From Oligoflexia bacterium (GTDB lineage: Bacteria > Bdellovibrionota > UBA1018), in assembly GCA_023700925.1 (NCBI GenBank), contig JAMPXZ010000002.1:1-47718 (forward strand): 47,718 bases of DNA, given 5' to 3'. The notes under the pieces were generated by a model. It did not search any database and was not told the DNA's origin. It saw only the letters and a list, made by a program, of their open reading frames with translations. The position numbers and the translations under genes are program-made. Within the stretch, counting starts at the first letter, position 1; every line of letters begins with the position of its first letter. This document shows positions 1 through 8,667 of the stretch, in pieces.

Positions 1-79
1 CGGTGCGGTTATCGTGAATTCTCTTTGGAGCTTTTTGCCTACCGCCTAGTCGCCGACAACTGACGAGCACGGTCCGTCA

Positions 80-467
80 ATGTGGGGAGGTTCGATGATG
101 TACGATGAAGCTGCTCAAGCGGCTCGCAAAGCGTGGTTTCAAACCTGTCTCTGTGGGCGCAGACAAGGCATATCACACGCGGGATTTTGGGTTTGCCGCG
201 CGAATGACATTGCCCCGCATATTGCTGAGCAGAGCAAGAGGAGGGTACGTGGCCTTGACGGCCGAACGACGCGGCACGGGTCCTACGGCGTCAGTCAGCG
301 GAAACGAAAGTTGATCGAGCAGAATTTGGCTGGCTAAAGACGGTAGGCGGGCTCTACAAGTCGCGGTTCTTCGGGCGACGGCGGACGGAGGCCCAGGGGC
401 ACATGGCGCTGGCGGCCTACAACTTACTCAGGATCGTCCGACTCACGGCGAATCCGCGGCTTGCATA
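80..467 (+). pseudogene. IS5-family (DDE) transposase remnant, C-terminal part only, frameshifted
   Basis: Three different + frames each carry one piece of the conserved IS5-type C-terminus. Frame of 105-314: KPVSVGADKAYHTRDF. Frame of 80-337: IAPHIAEQSKRRVRGLDGRTTRHGSYGVSQRKRKLIEQ. Frame of 322-467: EFGWLKTVGGLYKSRFFGRRRTEAQGHMALAAYNLLRIVRL-stop. There are at least two frameshifts and no intact ORF. The N-terminal two thirds are absent or off-window. Confidence 0.75.
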
Positions 468-820
468 GCGGCCAGAGGCGCCCGAGCGACTCCGCCCCTG
501 AGAATTGCCGGTCCGAGCCCATTCCAAAAACTCAAAATCGGGCCCGCGCCCTGCCGAGACGCCGGTTTATCAACGGCCTGCTGGAGTGCGCGCGGATCTG
601 CTGAATCGTCGCTCGATCTAGACGCGGCCCAAGGTGATCAACGAGAGACGACGGATTGGGGACTGGGAACGAGATCTGGCCCGTAAGGAATGGATGTCCG
701 TGCGGGGTCTCCCACCTCAAAGACCTCCGAAGAGGGGCTCCAAGCCTGACGCAGCTTGTCGGTCGACGAGAAAATGAACTCCGTTTGACACGCCCGGCGG
801 CGTTTGAGAAAAATTTGCCA

Positions 821-1585
821 ATGCGAAAACTACTGCGCCTCTGTCTCCTGGCGAGTCTCTCTGTCACGTCAGCTTGTGGCGACAAGCATGACGAAAAAAT
901 CCGCCAAACCGGAGAAAGCCCTGCGGCTGAAGAGGCTTGTCGGAACTCAGTTATTGAGCACAAGCCCGAGCTGAGTCTGGAGTTCTGGGCCGAGCAACAT
1001 TTCACATCCCCTGCAGAATTTCAGCGGGAAGGTAATTTCAGATTCATCGTACATGCCCTCAGGGATGCGCCCTCCTATTACAAGAGCGATGCAATGCGGG
1101 ATGTTGCCGACCACCATATGCGACTTCTCCTCCAAACGCTCCGTGATCCGCAAGGAATCGCGGTACGAAGGACTATTAGCACCTCTCTGATCAGTAGAAC
1201 CAGGAATGGAACTTTCGGCCCTTGCGGACTGATCCTTACTGTTCCAAGCGAAAACATTGTGGCCACCTCTCCCACCGATATTGGCAACACTCGCAGGATT
1301 GCGGACGAACCCTCTGAAGAGGAGAACTGGAGAATCATCCGCGAGAAAATTGGAATTACGAGCCCGGATGCTCTCTTATGTAGCACGCGAAGCGGCGACT
1401 ATAACGAGATTCTCGTGCGAGGAACCGGACCGCGGGATCGCCGAGTTGCTGTCACGGGCATATTCGTAAAGACTTGTTACGCAAAGCCAGTTTGCTCCGA
1501 AGCGATGTACTCCCTGCTATTGGAGTCCTCTGCTCAAAATCGACTGCCGGTGGCCGCGATAGAGGAATGCCGCGCTCGCTACTGA
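821..1585 (+). CDS. Hypothetical exported protein, probable lipoprotein
   Basis: Lies within ORF 656-1585. The internal ATG at 821 gives MRKLLRLCLLASLSVTSAC, a signal peptide ending in a lipobox-like TSAC. No recognisable catalytic motif. Confidence 0.6.
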   Translation: MRKLLRLCLLASLSVTSACGDKHDEKIRQTGESPAAEEACRNSVIEHKPELSLEFWAEQHFTSPAEFQREGNFRFIVHALRDAPSYYKSDAMRDVADHHMRLLLQTLRDPQGIAVRRTISTSLISRTRNGTFGPCGLILTVPSENIVATSPTDIGNTRRIADEPSEEENWRIIREKIGITSPDALLCSTRSGDYNEILVRGTGPRDRRVAVTGIFVKTCYAKPVCSEAMYSLLLESSAQNRLPVAAIEECRARY

Positions 1586-2120
1586 GTCGCCGTCCTCCGG
1601 ATCCCGAAATCCTCGTTTGTCGCGCAACAGGACGGCGCGCTTCTTGAGTCCCTCTTTAGGCAGGCCGAGCGAGCGCGCGCGTCCGAGGAAGATCGTGGGA
1701 GAGTTCGAGGAGCTCATCCGGGCGAAACTGAAGGAAGGCTAGATCAGCGGAAGGTTGAAGCTCGAGGGGAAGGCATCGGTGAGTTACGAGGCGAGTTACC
1801 GCGGTTCGGTGTATTTGAATCTGAGGCATGGGCATCGAAGGCGGCGAAAGCAGTTCTCAGTGCCCCGGGTGCGCAATCCCTTTCGAAACCGGCGCACCCA
1901 ACCGGGAGGGTACCCTAGGACCAACTTTCGCCCAGCGGGTGATTCGAACTGCGGCATGATTCATCTGACCAGTCCCCCGGACTCAACTACCGCACTCGAG
2001 GGTGCCTAACTCTTATACAGCCGCAAACTCCCCTCGCTATCAGCTCGAAGATAACGGTCTGCCGTCCGGGTACGTAACTTGCTCCATTTAAGCTTAAACT
2101 CCGCGAAAGGAATGGGATTC

Positions 2121-3245
2121 ATGGTCACTCTCAAAGACCTTCTTGAATCAAACTACGAAGACCTCTTGGCGTCGAATCGGATTTCGACCGGGTCGCCGGC
2201 GTTGGATTATTACCGGAACGTCCTTCTCGCTTTTCTGAAGGGGGATCGAGAGCGGTGCCTTCAGCTGAGCGGCGAGACGGCCTTCGGGTTTAGGGCCGAG
2301 CTGGCTCTACTCAGGCACCAAATCATGACCCGCTCCGTGAAGCGGGAGCTGATCGAAACGCTCATCATCCAGGGCGCAGCTCTCCCTGATTGGGAAGGCG
2401 AAGTCCTTATTGCCTGCGCTCACGCTTTCGAAACCCTGCGCGAGTTGGAACCCGCCAAGAAAACCTACCTTGCCGCCCACGATGCGCTCCTAAAGATGGG
2501 CTGCGAAAGAAAAGCGCTTCGGGCCTACATGAATTCGATCGCCATGGAAGGTCAGCTGCACCCTGAGAAAAGGCAGCTCGAGGAGTTCCACGCCATCTAT
2601 CGGAAAGCGAAAAAGCTCCGGGAGTACCGGACCTGCGGAATCGCGCTCAGCAATATCGCGCGGGAGTACCGGAATATCCGCGCCCTCACGACGGCTCTTC
2701 AATTCGCTAATAGCGCGGTGAGATACCTGAAGAAGGAAATGGGGTCCGTATTCTATTACAAGGCCCTCACCAATCGCTGTCATATCCTGTTCGAACTGGG
2801 ACGGGACACCGAGGCGAAACTCGACCTTGAAGCCGCCGCCCACGCGCAGTTTCCGGAGATCCGCTCGGCGCTCCTGGTGATTCAGCAGCTCATGAATCCC
2901 CATCAGAAGTTATCCATACCCGAAGAGTCCCTTTTGCCGATCTGGAAAGAGCGCCTCGCCGAGGGCCGGCTCAACGAGGTCCAAGGCGTCAAACATCACC
3001 GCCAGAAGCTCAGCGAACTTGAAGAAGCGCTAATCCGGTATCTGCAGGAAGGGCCACGGGACAAATTCGAGCTGATCGAGTTCCTCTACGGAAGGAAGCT
3101 CAACATTGACTCGACCGAAGCGCGGCTAAAGAGCCTCCTCACCCGCTTCCGCAAGAAATGCCCGGGCCTGATCCAGCTGCTCAAAGGCAAGTATGAAATC
3201 ACGAACCAGGCGCTGCTACCCCAAAACTCGAGAAAAGCAGGATGA
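2121..3245 (+). CDS. Helical-repeat (TPR-like) protein with C-terminal OmpR/PhoB-type winged-helix DNA-binding domain; putative transcriptional regulator
   Basis: The ORF opens at TTG 2079, but ATG 2121 is preferred (AGGA 9 nt upstream); 2112 is also possible. The C-terminal LSELEEALIRYLQEGPRDKFELIEFLYGRKLNIDSTEARLKSLLTRFRKK fits the Trans_reg_C pattern (compare PhoB LSPTEFKLL...VWG...RTVDVHIRRLRKAL). The preceding ~290 aa is helical-repeat-like. No signal peptide. The stop overlaps the next start (ATGA at 3242-3245). Confidence 0.7.
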   Translation: MVTLKDLLESNYEDLLASNRISTGSPALDYYRNVLLAFLKGDRERCLQLSGETAFGFRAELALLRHQIMTRSVKRELIETLIIQGAALPDWEGEVLIACAHAFETLRELEPAKKTYLAAHDALLKMGCERKALRAYMNSIAMEGQLHPEKRQLEEFHAIYRKAKKLREYRTCGIALSNIAREYRNIRALTTALQFANSAVRYLKKEMGSVFYYKALTNRCHILFELGRDTEAKLDLEAAAHAQFPEIRSALLVIQQLMNPHQKLSIPEESLLPIWKERLAEGRLNEVQGVKHHRQKLSELEEALIRYLQEGPRDKFELIEFLYGRKLNIDSTEARLKSLLTRFRKKCPGLIQLLKGKYEITNQALLPQNSRKAG

Positions 3246-4927
3246 AGTATTTAGCTCTTCTCGCATCTTTAGCCCTTCACTCGCTGTTCCTGCCGAGCGC
3301 TGCCGCGGCGGACGCACTCGCCATGCCGGGACTCGTCGAAGTCGATTCCGTCTTCAGCGACAAAGTGACGCGAAAACCTGACCGGTTCAAAGGCGTTGGA
3401 ATCGTCCTTTCCTACAAAGGCCGCGCCTTTGTCATGACCAAGGCGCACGTCTCCCAAGGCCAGGATGTTCGGATCGAAGGAGCCCCGGCCCAACTCGTCG
3501 GCCGCCTGGCCGATAACGACGAGGCGGACCTGGAGCTCTTCGAAATCCCCACAAAAGGCGCCCCCAAGGGCCTCGCGGCCTTTGATCCTATCCGCAATGA
3601 ATTCGTGGTCGACCGCACTGTTCTCAAGCAGTGGCCCACGGATCGACGCTTTCCGCTGGTGACCGCGGACGGGAGCCCCAGCGAATGGACTGCGTTGCTG
3701 CCTTCTTCGCTGAAAGCAGCGACCCTTTCTAATGTATCGTTGGGCCCGGCGTTCGGTGTGCTTAACAGGGTCGCTGATCCCGATCCGGATTTCTACATCA
3801 GGGACCATTCCATCCAGGAGCCCTATAGCGCTTCCGAGAATTTTTTCCCAGCGAAATTCCCGCCAGGGACCAGCGGCTCACCGTTGATCAAAACGGAGTC
3901 CGGGGGGCGTGCGGTGCTCGGGGGCACCGTTACCCGCCACCTGAGAAATCGAATTGGCTCCTTTGCCACCGATCCCCATCAAGTGACCCAGCTATTCCGC
4001 TCGTACCTCAGCGGAAAACGCGGAAATCCTGGCAAAGTCCAAATGGCTCTCAGAAACGGGGTCATCTACCGCATCTATCCGGATGGCACCGAAGAGATCA
4101 ACGCGGGCAGCATCTCGGTCAGCGGCGGCCCTGACACCGCAGGAAGCAGCGGCGGCCCTGACACCGCAGGAAGCAGCGGCGGCCCTGACACCGCCGGGAG
4201 CGGTTCGAGCCGCTCCGGCACACTGGCCTTGGACCTAACCGACGCCTACTCAAAACATGACCTCCTGCCGGGCTTCATCTACAAGGGCCGACCGGCAGTC
4301 GCGCTGAAAGGGGTCTCCGAAGACGGTGAGTCCCAGTACGCGCCGGGAAGCATCGATGGCCTCAGGCTTCTGGAATTCGAGGGCGCGAAAAAGATCGAAG
4401 CCCTGGCGCCTGGCTTTCCGGTTCCAGAACTGATGAAAGCGCGCTTCAACACAAAGGAAGACGCTTTCACTCTCCGGACCCAGGCCTCGCCCGACGAACG
4501 GGCGCCACCAAGGCAAATCCGTTATCAGAACGGCGAACTCCACGTCCTGATCTCCGACTTGGGATCAGGCAGATCGACCCTCTCGTTTTCGTTGGATCGA
4601 CAAGGAAAGCTGGTTGGCTCGAGCTACCCAGGGTTTGTCCCTATCATCCACGTTTCCGACCCGAAGACGGGAGAGCGATTCTCGGTGGATCTCACCAGCC
4701 TCTTCTTCGAGAATCCTGACGTCTCGATCCGCTACGGCGCGGGGGTGCCCCTGCGTGGCGATCGGAGGCTCCCCAGAAACATCGTCCCAATCGTCAATCT
4801 TGAGACCGGAGCGGAATACCGACTTCCCTTTTACCTCGAAGCCAGCGACGAAACGCTTCTTTCAACCCATGATGACCTCAAACAGGCCCTAGGTTCGCTT
4901 GCCGCCAAGGGAAAACCCTGCCCCTGA
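3242..4927 (+). CDS. Secreted trypsin-like (chymotrypsin-fold, S1/Trypsin_2-type) serine protease with repeat linker and unknown C-terminal domain
   Basis: Signal peptide MKYLALLASLALHSLFLPSAAAADA. Catalytic triad candidates are in the canonical order: His (VMTKAHV), Asp (EADLELFEI), Ser (PPGTSGSPLI). A SGGPDTAGS x3 linker is followed by ~230 aa with no recognisable motif. Confidence 0.8.
   Translation: MKYLALLASLALHSLFLPSAAAADALAMPGLVEVDSVFSDKVTRKPDRFKGVGIVLSYKGRAFVMTKAHVSQGQDVRIEGAPAQLVGRLADNDEADLELFEIPTKGAPKGLAAFDPIRNEFVVDRTVLKQWPTDRRFPLVTADGSPSEWTALLPSSLKAATLSNVSLGPAFGVLNRVADPDPDFYIRDHSIQEPYSASENFFPAKFPPGTSGSPLIKTESGGRAVLGGTVTRHLRNRIGSFATDPHQVTQLFRSYLSGKRGNPGKVQMALRNGVIYRIYPDGTEEINAGSISVSGGPDTAGSSGGPDTAGSSGGPDTAGSGSSRSGTLALDLTDAYSKHDLLPGFIYKGRPAVALKGVSEDGESQYAPGSIDGLRLLEFEGAKKIEALAPGFPVPELMKARFNTKEDAFTLRTQASPDERAPPRQIRYQNGELHVLISDLGSGRSTLSFSLDRQGKLVGSSYPGFVPIIHVSDPKTGERFSVDLTSLFFENPDVSIRYGAGVPLRGDRRLPRNIVPIVNLETGAEYRLPFYLEASDETLLSTHDDLKQALGSLAAKGKPCP
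4121..4201 (+). repeat. Tandem repeat, 27 bp x 3, in-frame inside the protease gene (encodes SGGPDTAGS x3)
   Basis: agcggcggccctgacaccgcaggaagc occurs at 4121-4147 and 4148-4174 (identical). The third copy at 4175-4201 differs only near its 3' end (ccgccgggagc). Confidence 0.95.
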
Positions 4928-4930
4928 TTG

Positions 4931-4949
4931 CTGTCTAAACTTTAGACAG
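4931..4949 (+). terminator. Hairpin immediately after the protease stop codon (possible terminator)
   Basis: ctgtctaaa-c-tttagacag forms perfectly complementary 9-nt arms, 4 nt after the stop at 4927. No clear U-tract follows. Confidence 0.35.
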
Positions 4950-5044
4950 GAAACTTCGTCACCGCTCGTTACTCGTAAAACCCACCTCCCAGCGCTATTT
5001 TCCCTCACGACAGGACACGAAACCTGAAGTGAACGGAGAAGGTC

Positions 5045-5605
5045 ATGAAAAAAGCGTTATTGTTCAGCCTGGTCTGTATCGGATTTCACCAAATCGCCTC
5101 CGCCGGAACTCCTCGAGCGCCGCGCGACGAGGACTTTGAATGCCGGTCGATCCTTGAAGCGGTCCCGGATTCCACCTCGGAATCCGGCAAACAAAATGTC
5201 TATAAAGGGCCCTACTTCCGAAAGAACGAACGCCACATCGGAATGGTCGACGAATTCTCCGGCGGCAAGGCCTTTCTGGTGAGAGGAAACGTGGCCGACG
5301 GCCAGCTCATCCCCAATTTAAAAACTCTCATTCTTATCCGCACCGGAGTCGCCATCACCTGGAACACAAAAAAAACCATCGAGCTGGAGTATGATAATTT
5401 TCACGAGTGGGACGGGACGTACCAAATCAAGCTTGACGGAGGGATCGAGTTCAAGAGGATCAAGATCTTCTGCGGCCAAAACTCCTCGGACATCGACGCT
5501 CACATCAAAAGGGCCTATCCGGATTCCAGGGTGAACATTCTCCCGTTCTCGAGCGGGCCTTGGATGGCATCCATGAGCGGCGCTGAGACTCAACTCCCCG
5601 AGTAG
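5045..5605 (+). CDS. Hypothetical secreted protein
   Basis: GGAGAAGG RBS 4 nt upstream of the ATG. Signal peptide MKKALLFSLVCIGFHQIASAG. No recognisable domain. Confidence 0.7.
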   Translation: MKKALLFSLVCIGFHQIASAGTPRAPRDEDFECRSILEAVPDSTSESGKQNVYKGPYFRKNERHIGMVDEFSGGKAFLVRGNVADGQLIPNLKTLILIRTGVAITWNTKKTIELEYDNFHEWDGTYQIKLDGGIEFKRIKIFCGQNSSDIDAHIKRAYPDSRVNILPFSSGPWMASMSGAETQLPE

Positions 5606-5682
5606 TGGCTTTTCTGCTGAACCTGACAAGCACCGTAAGGTCATTTACCAGGCATGCGATTTCAGTGGAAGTTACACCCACC

Positions 5683-7764
5683 TCACCCGCACTGCGCCCG
5701 AAGAAAGCGCGGCTCTTCGCGATACTCCTCGCCGATAAAGAACTGAATCTCCCTACGCTCCTTGGAAAAGTAGAGGGGCCGCCCCAGCTTGAGTCCTTCC
5801 GGAGCATAACAGGTGCTCACGACTTCATCAGATGCGAGGTCCCTGATCTCGAGCTTGGCCAGAGGAAATTTCGTGGGGACGGAAGCGACCTTCCAATGAG
5901 TTCCGGGAATGGTGTTGGAGTATTCCTTGCGCTTCTTCCCGATGAAGAAGTGGTCCTGAACGGGATCGAAGATCAAGGCCTGATCCTCCTCGAACCTACC
6001 GTGAAGAACGGGATCCCGAAACCAGCCGACCGTATAGGACGAATCCGGGAAAACGATGTCGCGGCTTTTTGCGACAAAAGACCCCGATAGAACATCCAGG
6101 GCTCGCCACTGCCCCGCTTCGAGCACAAACCACCTCGCCTGCTTATCGACCACGTCATAGGCAAGGCAATGATCAGCATCAAAACAATGATCGAGGGACG
6201 CCTTCTCTCCTCCAAAACTCAGCTCAGCCCTTCGGAACAGCACCGAATGGGGATCATCGAGGACCTCGGAGGGGACCTGCGGCACTTCAAAATACCTTAG
6301 AAAGAAGTCATTCGCTCGGTCGCCCCACGTGAACGCATCGATTTTGTGAAAAAACTCCTGACCGAAGTCCTGGCCATAAACATAATAACTTCGTCCCTGG
6401 TGGAGATAAAGATTGTCGTTTCCATGTCGTCTCCACGGAGCAACCTTGAACTCGAGAGTCCCTAAATCGATTCCCCCCACCGGCGCGTTGCAGTCGCTCG
6501 TGCGCCCCTCCGGGCACTCATAAAACTCGATCAAGACATTTCCCTGGCCGGTCATGACAATGTCATCGGCCGCGATGATTTTCCGACCTTTGAACTCGAA
6601 ATGCTTCACCAGCTTGAGCGGCCAAACCGACTGATCAAAGACATAAATACGGTCCGGATCTTCGGTGAACGAATTAATATACATCGCGGAGAGGTTCTTC
6701 TCATTGGTAGCATAGAGAAAGTTCAGATCGCCTCGCGAGTCGAACGATTTCTGCATCTCGGGATAGCTCGACAGAGGGACCAGATCGAAATTCGCGAACG
6801 CAGCTTCTTTTTCGAATTCCGCACACTCTTCGGTAAGAGCCCCTTTTGCCTTCAGCCTCTGAAGGAGAGCGGGCTTTCCAAAAACGATGTTACAGGTAGC
6901 CAGCCCTTGCCCGTTCTTTTGGACAAGAGTCGCGACAGGGAAGTCAAACTGCTCCAGCAGGAATCCTGCGACCGCTTCGCCATGGGACTTAAGCGCCAGA
7001 TTGATCAGGTTATCGCCGTTTTCATTGACCCAAGACGCATCCAACTGCCGAGGCAGGAATACCTTGAGGCGTGCGAGATTTCGGTAGTACTCGACAGCTT
7101 CGCTCTCACCGGCGTAGATCTTCGCGGAATAAGGGAAGCTCAACAGATTGATCTCAACACTCCCGAGACCCGAAACGTCCACCTGCGGATAGCGAAGAAG
7201 CGCGTTGAAATACCCAAGCTGTCGATAAGACCCACGAGCCATCTCGGCCACAACGCTATCGAGCAAGGTCCGCCCGCTGGCGTCCTTCGCGTTGATGATC
7301 CTTTCAAAAGAAGGAATCTGGGCGAAGACCATCTTCAGCTCGATATCCACCGCTGAGGCCGTGAGGACCAGGCCTTTGATCAGGTGTTTTTCCAGATCGA
7401 GCTTCGGCCCAACCAGCGGCAAGGTTTGCTCGAGAAAGGTCCGGCACTTCTCGTCACAGTAGTCGCTCCCCAGCGCCGCGGAGACGAACCCATCCCCTCC
7501 CTGATCGAGGGCATTGAGGTCCAAGTTACCGTGTTTCAAGCGAGTCAGAAGACTCAAGCCCTCGATGCTATAAGCACGGGTCAAGCAGGTCAGAGCCGTC
7601 TTTCCGTTTTGCCCGATGAAATTGAGATCCACGTCCGTGGTCGCATAGATCTGGCTCATCTTGTTGAGATCCTGAGCGCAGGCCGCGACTACAAAATCTT
7701 CAGAGGCCTGGGAAAGAGTCGGCAAGAACAGCGAGAAAACGAGAGCTAAGCTTGGAAATTTCAT
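5683..7764 (-). CDS. Secreted ankyrin-repeat protein with large uncharacterised C-terminal region
   Basis: The ORF extends to 7833, but ATG 7764 gives the signal peptide MKFPSLALVFSLFLPTLSQA. Ankyrin-like units: NFIGQNGKTALTCL...LDLNALDQGGDGFVSAAL, INAKDASGRTLLDSVV, VNENGDNLINLALKSHGEAVAGFLLEQ. The C-terminal ~380 aa carries no recognisable motif. Confidence 0.7.
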   Translation of the reverse strand: MKFPSLALVFSLFLPTLSQASEDFVVAACAQDLNKMSQIYATTDVDLNFIGQNGKTALTCLTRAYSIEGLSLLTRLKHGNLDLNALDQGGDGFVSAALGSDYCDEKCRTFLEQTLPLVGPKLDLEKHLIKGLVLTASAVDIELKMVFAQIPSFERIINAKDASGRTLLDSVVAEMARGSYRQLGYFNALLRYPQVDVSGLGSVEINLLSFPYSAKIYAGESEAVEYYRNLARLKVFLPRQLDASWVNENGDNLINLALKSHGEAVAGFLLEQFDFPVATLVQKNGQGLATCNIVFGKPALLQRLKAKGALTEECAEFEKEAAFANFDLVPLSSYPEMQKSFDSRGDLNFLYATNEKNLSAMYINSFTEDPDRIYVFDQSVWPLKLVKHFEFKGRKIIAADDIVMTGQGNVLIEFYECPEGRTSDCNAPVGGIDLGTLEFKVAPWRRHGNDNLYLHQGRSYYVYGQDFGQEFFHKIDAFTWGDRANDFFLRYFEVPQVPSEVLDDPHSVLFRRAELSFGGEKASLDHCFDADHCLAYDVVDKQARWFVLEAGQWRALDVLSGSFVAKSRDIVFPDSSYTVGWFRDPVLHGRFEEDQALIFDPVQDHFFIGKKRKEYSNTIPGTHWKVASVPTKFPLAKLEIRDLASDEVVSTCYAPEGLKLGRPLYFSKERREIQFFIGEEYREEPRFLRAQCG

Positions 7765-7781
7765 GGCACCACCGGAAGGGA

Positions 7782-8576
7782 TCAGATGCGTTCGGTGGAA
7801 TTGATCACCAGCCACGTAATCCCTTCCGGCCACGCTGGAAACACACTTGGCTGCGGCGCAATCTTCATCTGGTGCTGCCAGGAATAATAGATCGACGCCT
7901 CGGTGGAGAGGTTCGGCCGGGGCCCGAGGTCGCCCGAAACCGCGCGATGCCCGAGCTCAAAGCGCGTTTCCCGCGCATCGATCAAACCATGGGTCAGAAA
8001 CTCCACCTCGCTGCCGGGGCGCCCGGGCTCGTCGCCGATCGTGGTTCTCACCGTGAGCTGGAGCGGCGCGACTTTCGGGAGCCAGGTTTCGAAGTCCTCA
8101 CCTGAGGCGAGGCGCACCCGCACCGGGAGCTGCCCGAAGTCGTAGAGCGAGACCTCGCTCCAGTCCTCCTGCAGCTGACTGAGATTGCGCCACATCGTCG
8201 CGTTGCCCGCATCTTCGAGGTAGGCCGAGGAAAGAAGCCTGACCCCCCCGCGCTTGAGCTCGAAGGTGACGTAATAAGAGCTCGTTATTCCGGGGTAGGT
8301 GAATTCGAAGATCTTCTCGGTCCGGAAGCTGCCATCCGGCTGCACGGGATAGAGCTTGGCCTCGGACTCGCACGTCTTCTCATAGATGCCGCAATCGCGC
8401 ACCCAACGCACTTTGAGCGAAAGCTCCTCGAGCGGGATCGCGCCGTAATTGATGATCCTCCCCTCGACGGCAGGGACGCGCAGCTTCGCCCCGCCCATGG
8501 CCGAGGCAGAGGGCGTCGTGCTCAGCACGACGCCGAGAGCGAGCAAAACAAACGAGGCGAGGCGTCCATAGAACAT
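7782..8576 (-). CDS. Hypothetical secreted protein
   Basis: AAGGGGA RBS upstream. Signal peptide MFYGRLASFVLLALGVVLSTTPSASA. Lies 17 nt upstream of the ankyrin gene on the same strand, so probably in the same operon. Confidence 0.7.
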   Translation of the reverse strand: MFYGRLASFVLLALGVVLSTTPSASAMGGAKLRVPAVEGRIINYGAIPLEELSLKVRWVRDCGIYEKTCESEAKLYPVQPDGSFRTEKIFEFTYPGITSSYYVTFELKRGGVRLLSSAYLEDAGNATMWRNLSQLQEDWSEVSLYDFGQLPVRVRLASGEDFETWLPKVAPLQLTVRTTIGDEPGRPGSEVEFLTHGLIDARETRFELGHRAVSGDLGPRPNLSTEASIYYSWQHQMKIAPQPSVFPAWPEGITWLVINSTERI

Positions 8577-8640
8577 GATCAGATCCCCTTTTCTACCTCG
8601 ACGCTAGTTCAACTCGCCCGAGGAAGGGGACTCCGATCAG

Positions 8641-8664
8641 TGACGGAATGGCGAAATTCCGTCA
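8641..8664 (-). terminator. Hairpin directly downstream of the scoB stop codon
   Basis: tgacggaat-ggcgaa-attccgtca gives a 9-bp stem and 6-nt loop, 3 nt beyond the scoB stop (8668-8670). No obvious U-tract. Confidence 0.4.
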
Positions 8665-8667
8665 GCG

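Noticed and set aside
532-1005. 157-aa minus-strand ORF
   Set aside because: It overlaps the lipoprotein gene in antisense and has Arg/Ser-rich composition with no start context.
1517-1717. 66-aa minus-strand ORF (MSSSNSPTIFLGRARSLGLPKEGLKKRAVLL...)
   Set aside because: It overlaps the 3' end of the lipoprotein gene, has no RBS, and I cannot assign any family. It may be a remnant of a mobile-element gene but is not supportable as a CDS.
1931-2006. Possible tRNA gene on the minus strand (GTTCGAATC T-loop-like sequence)
   Set aside because: The 5 nt preceding the putative T-loop (CGCAG) cannot pair with the 5 nt following it (CACCC). I could not draw a D-arm or anticodon arm. At best it is a 3'-half fragment (see the finding on 1590-2078), not a functional tRNA.
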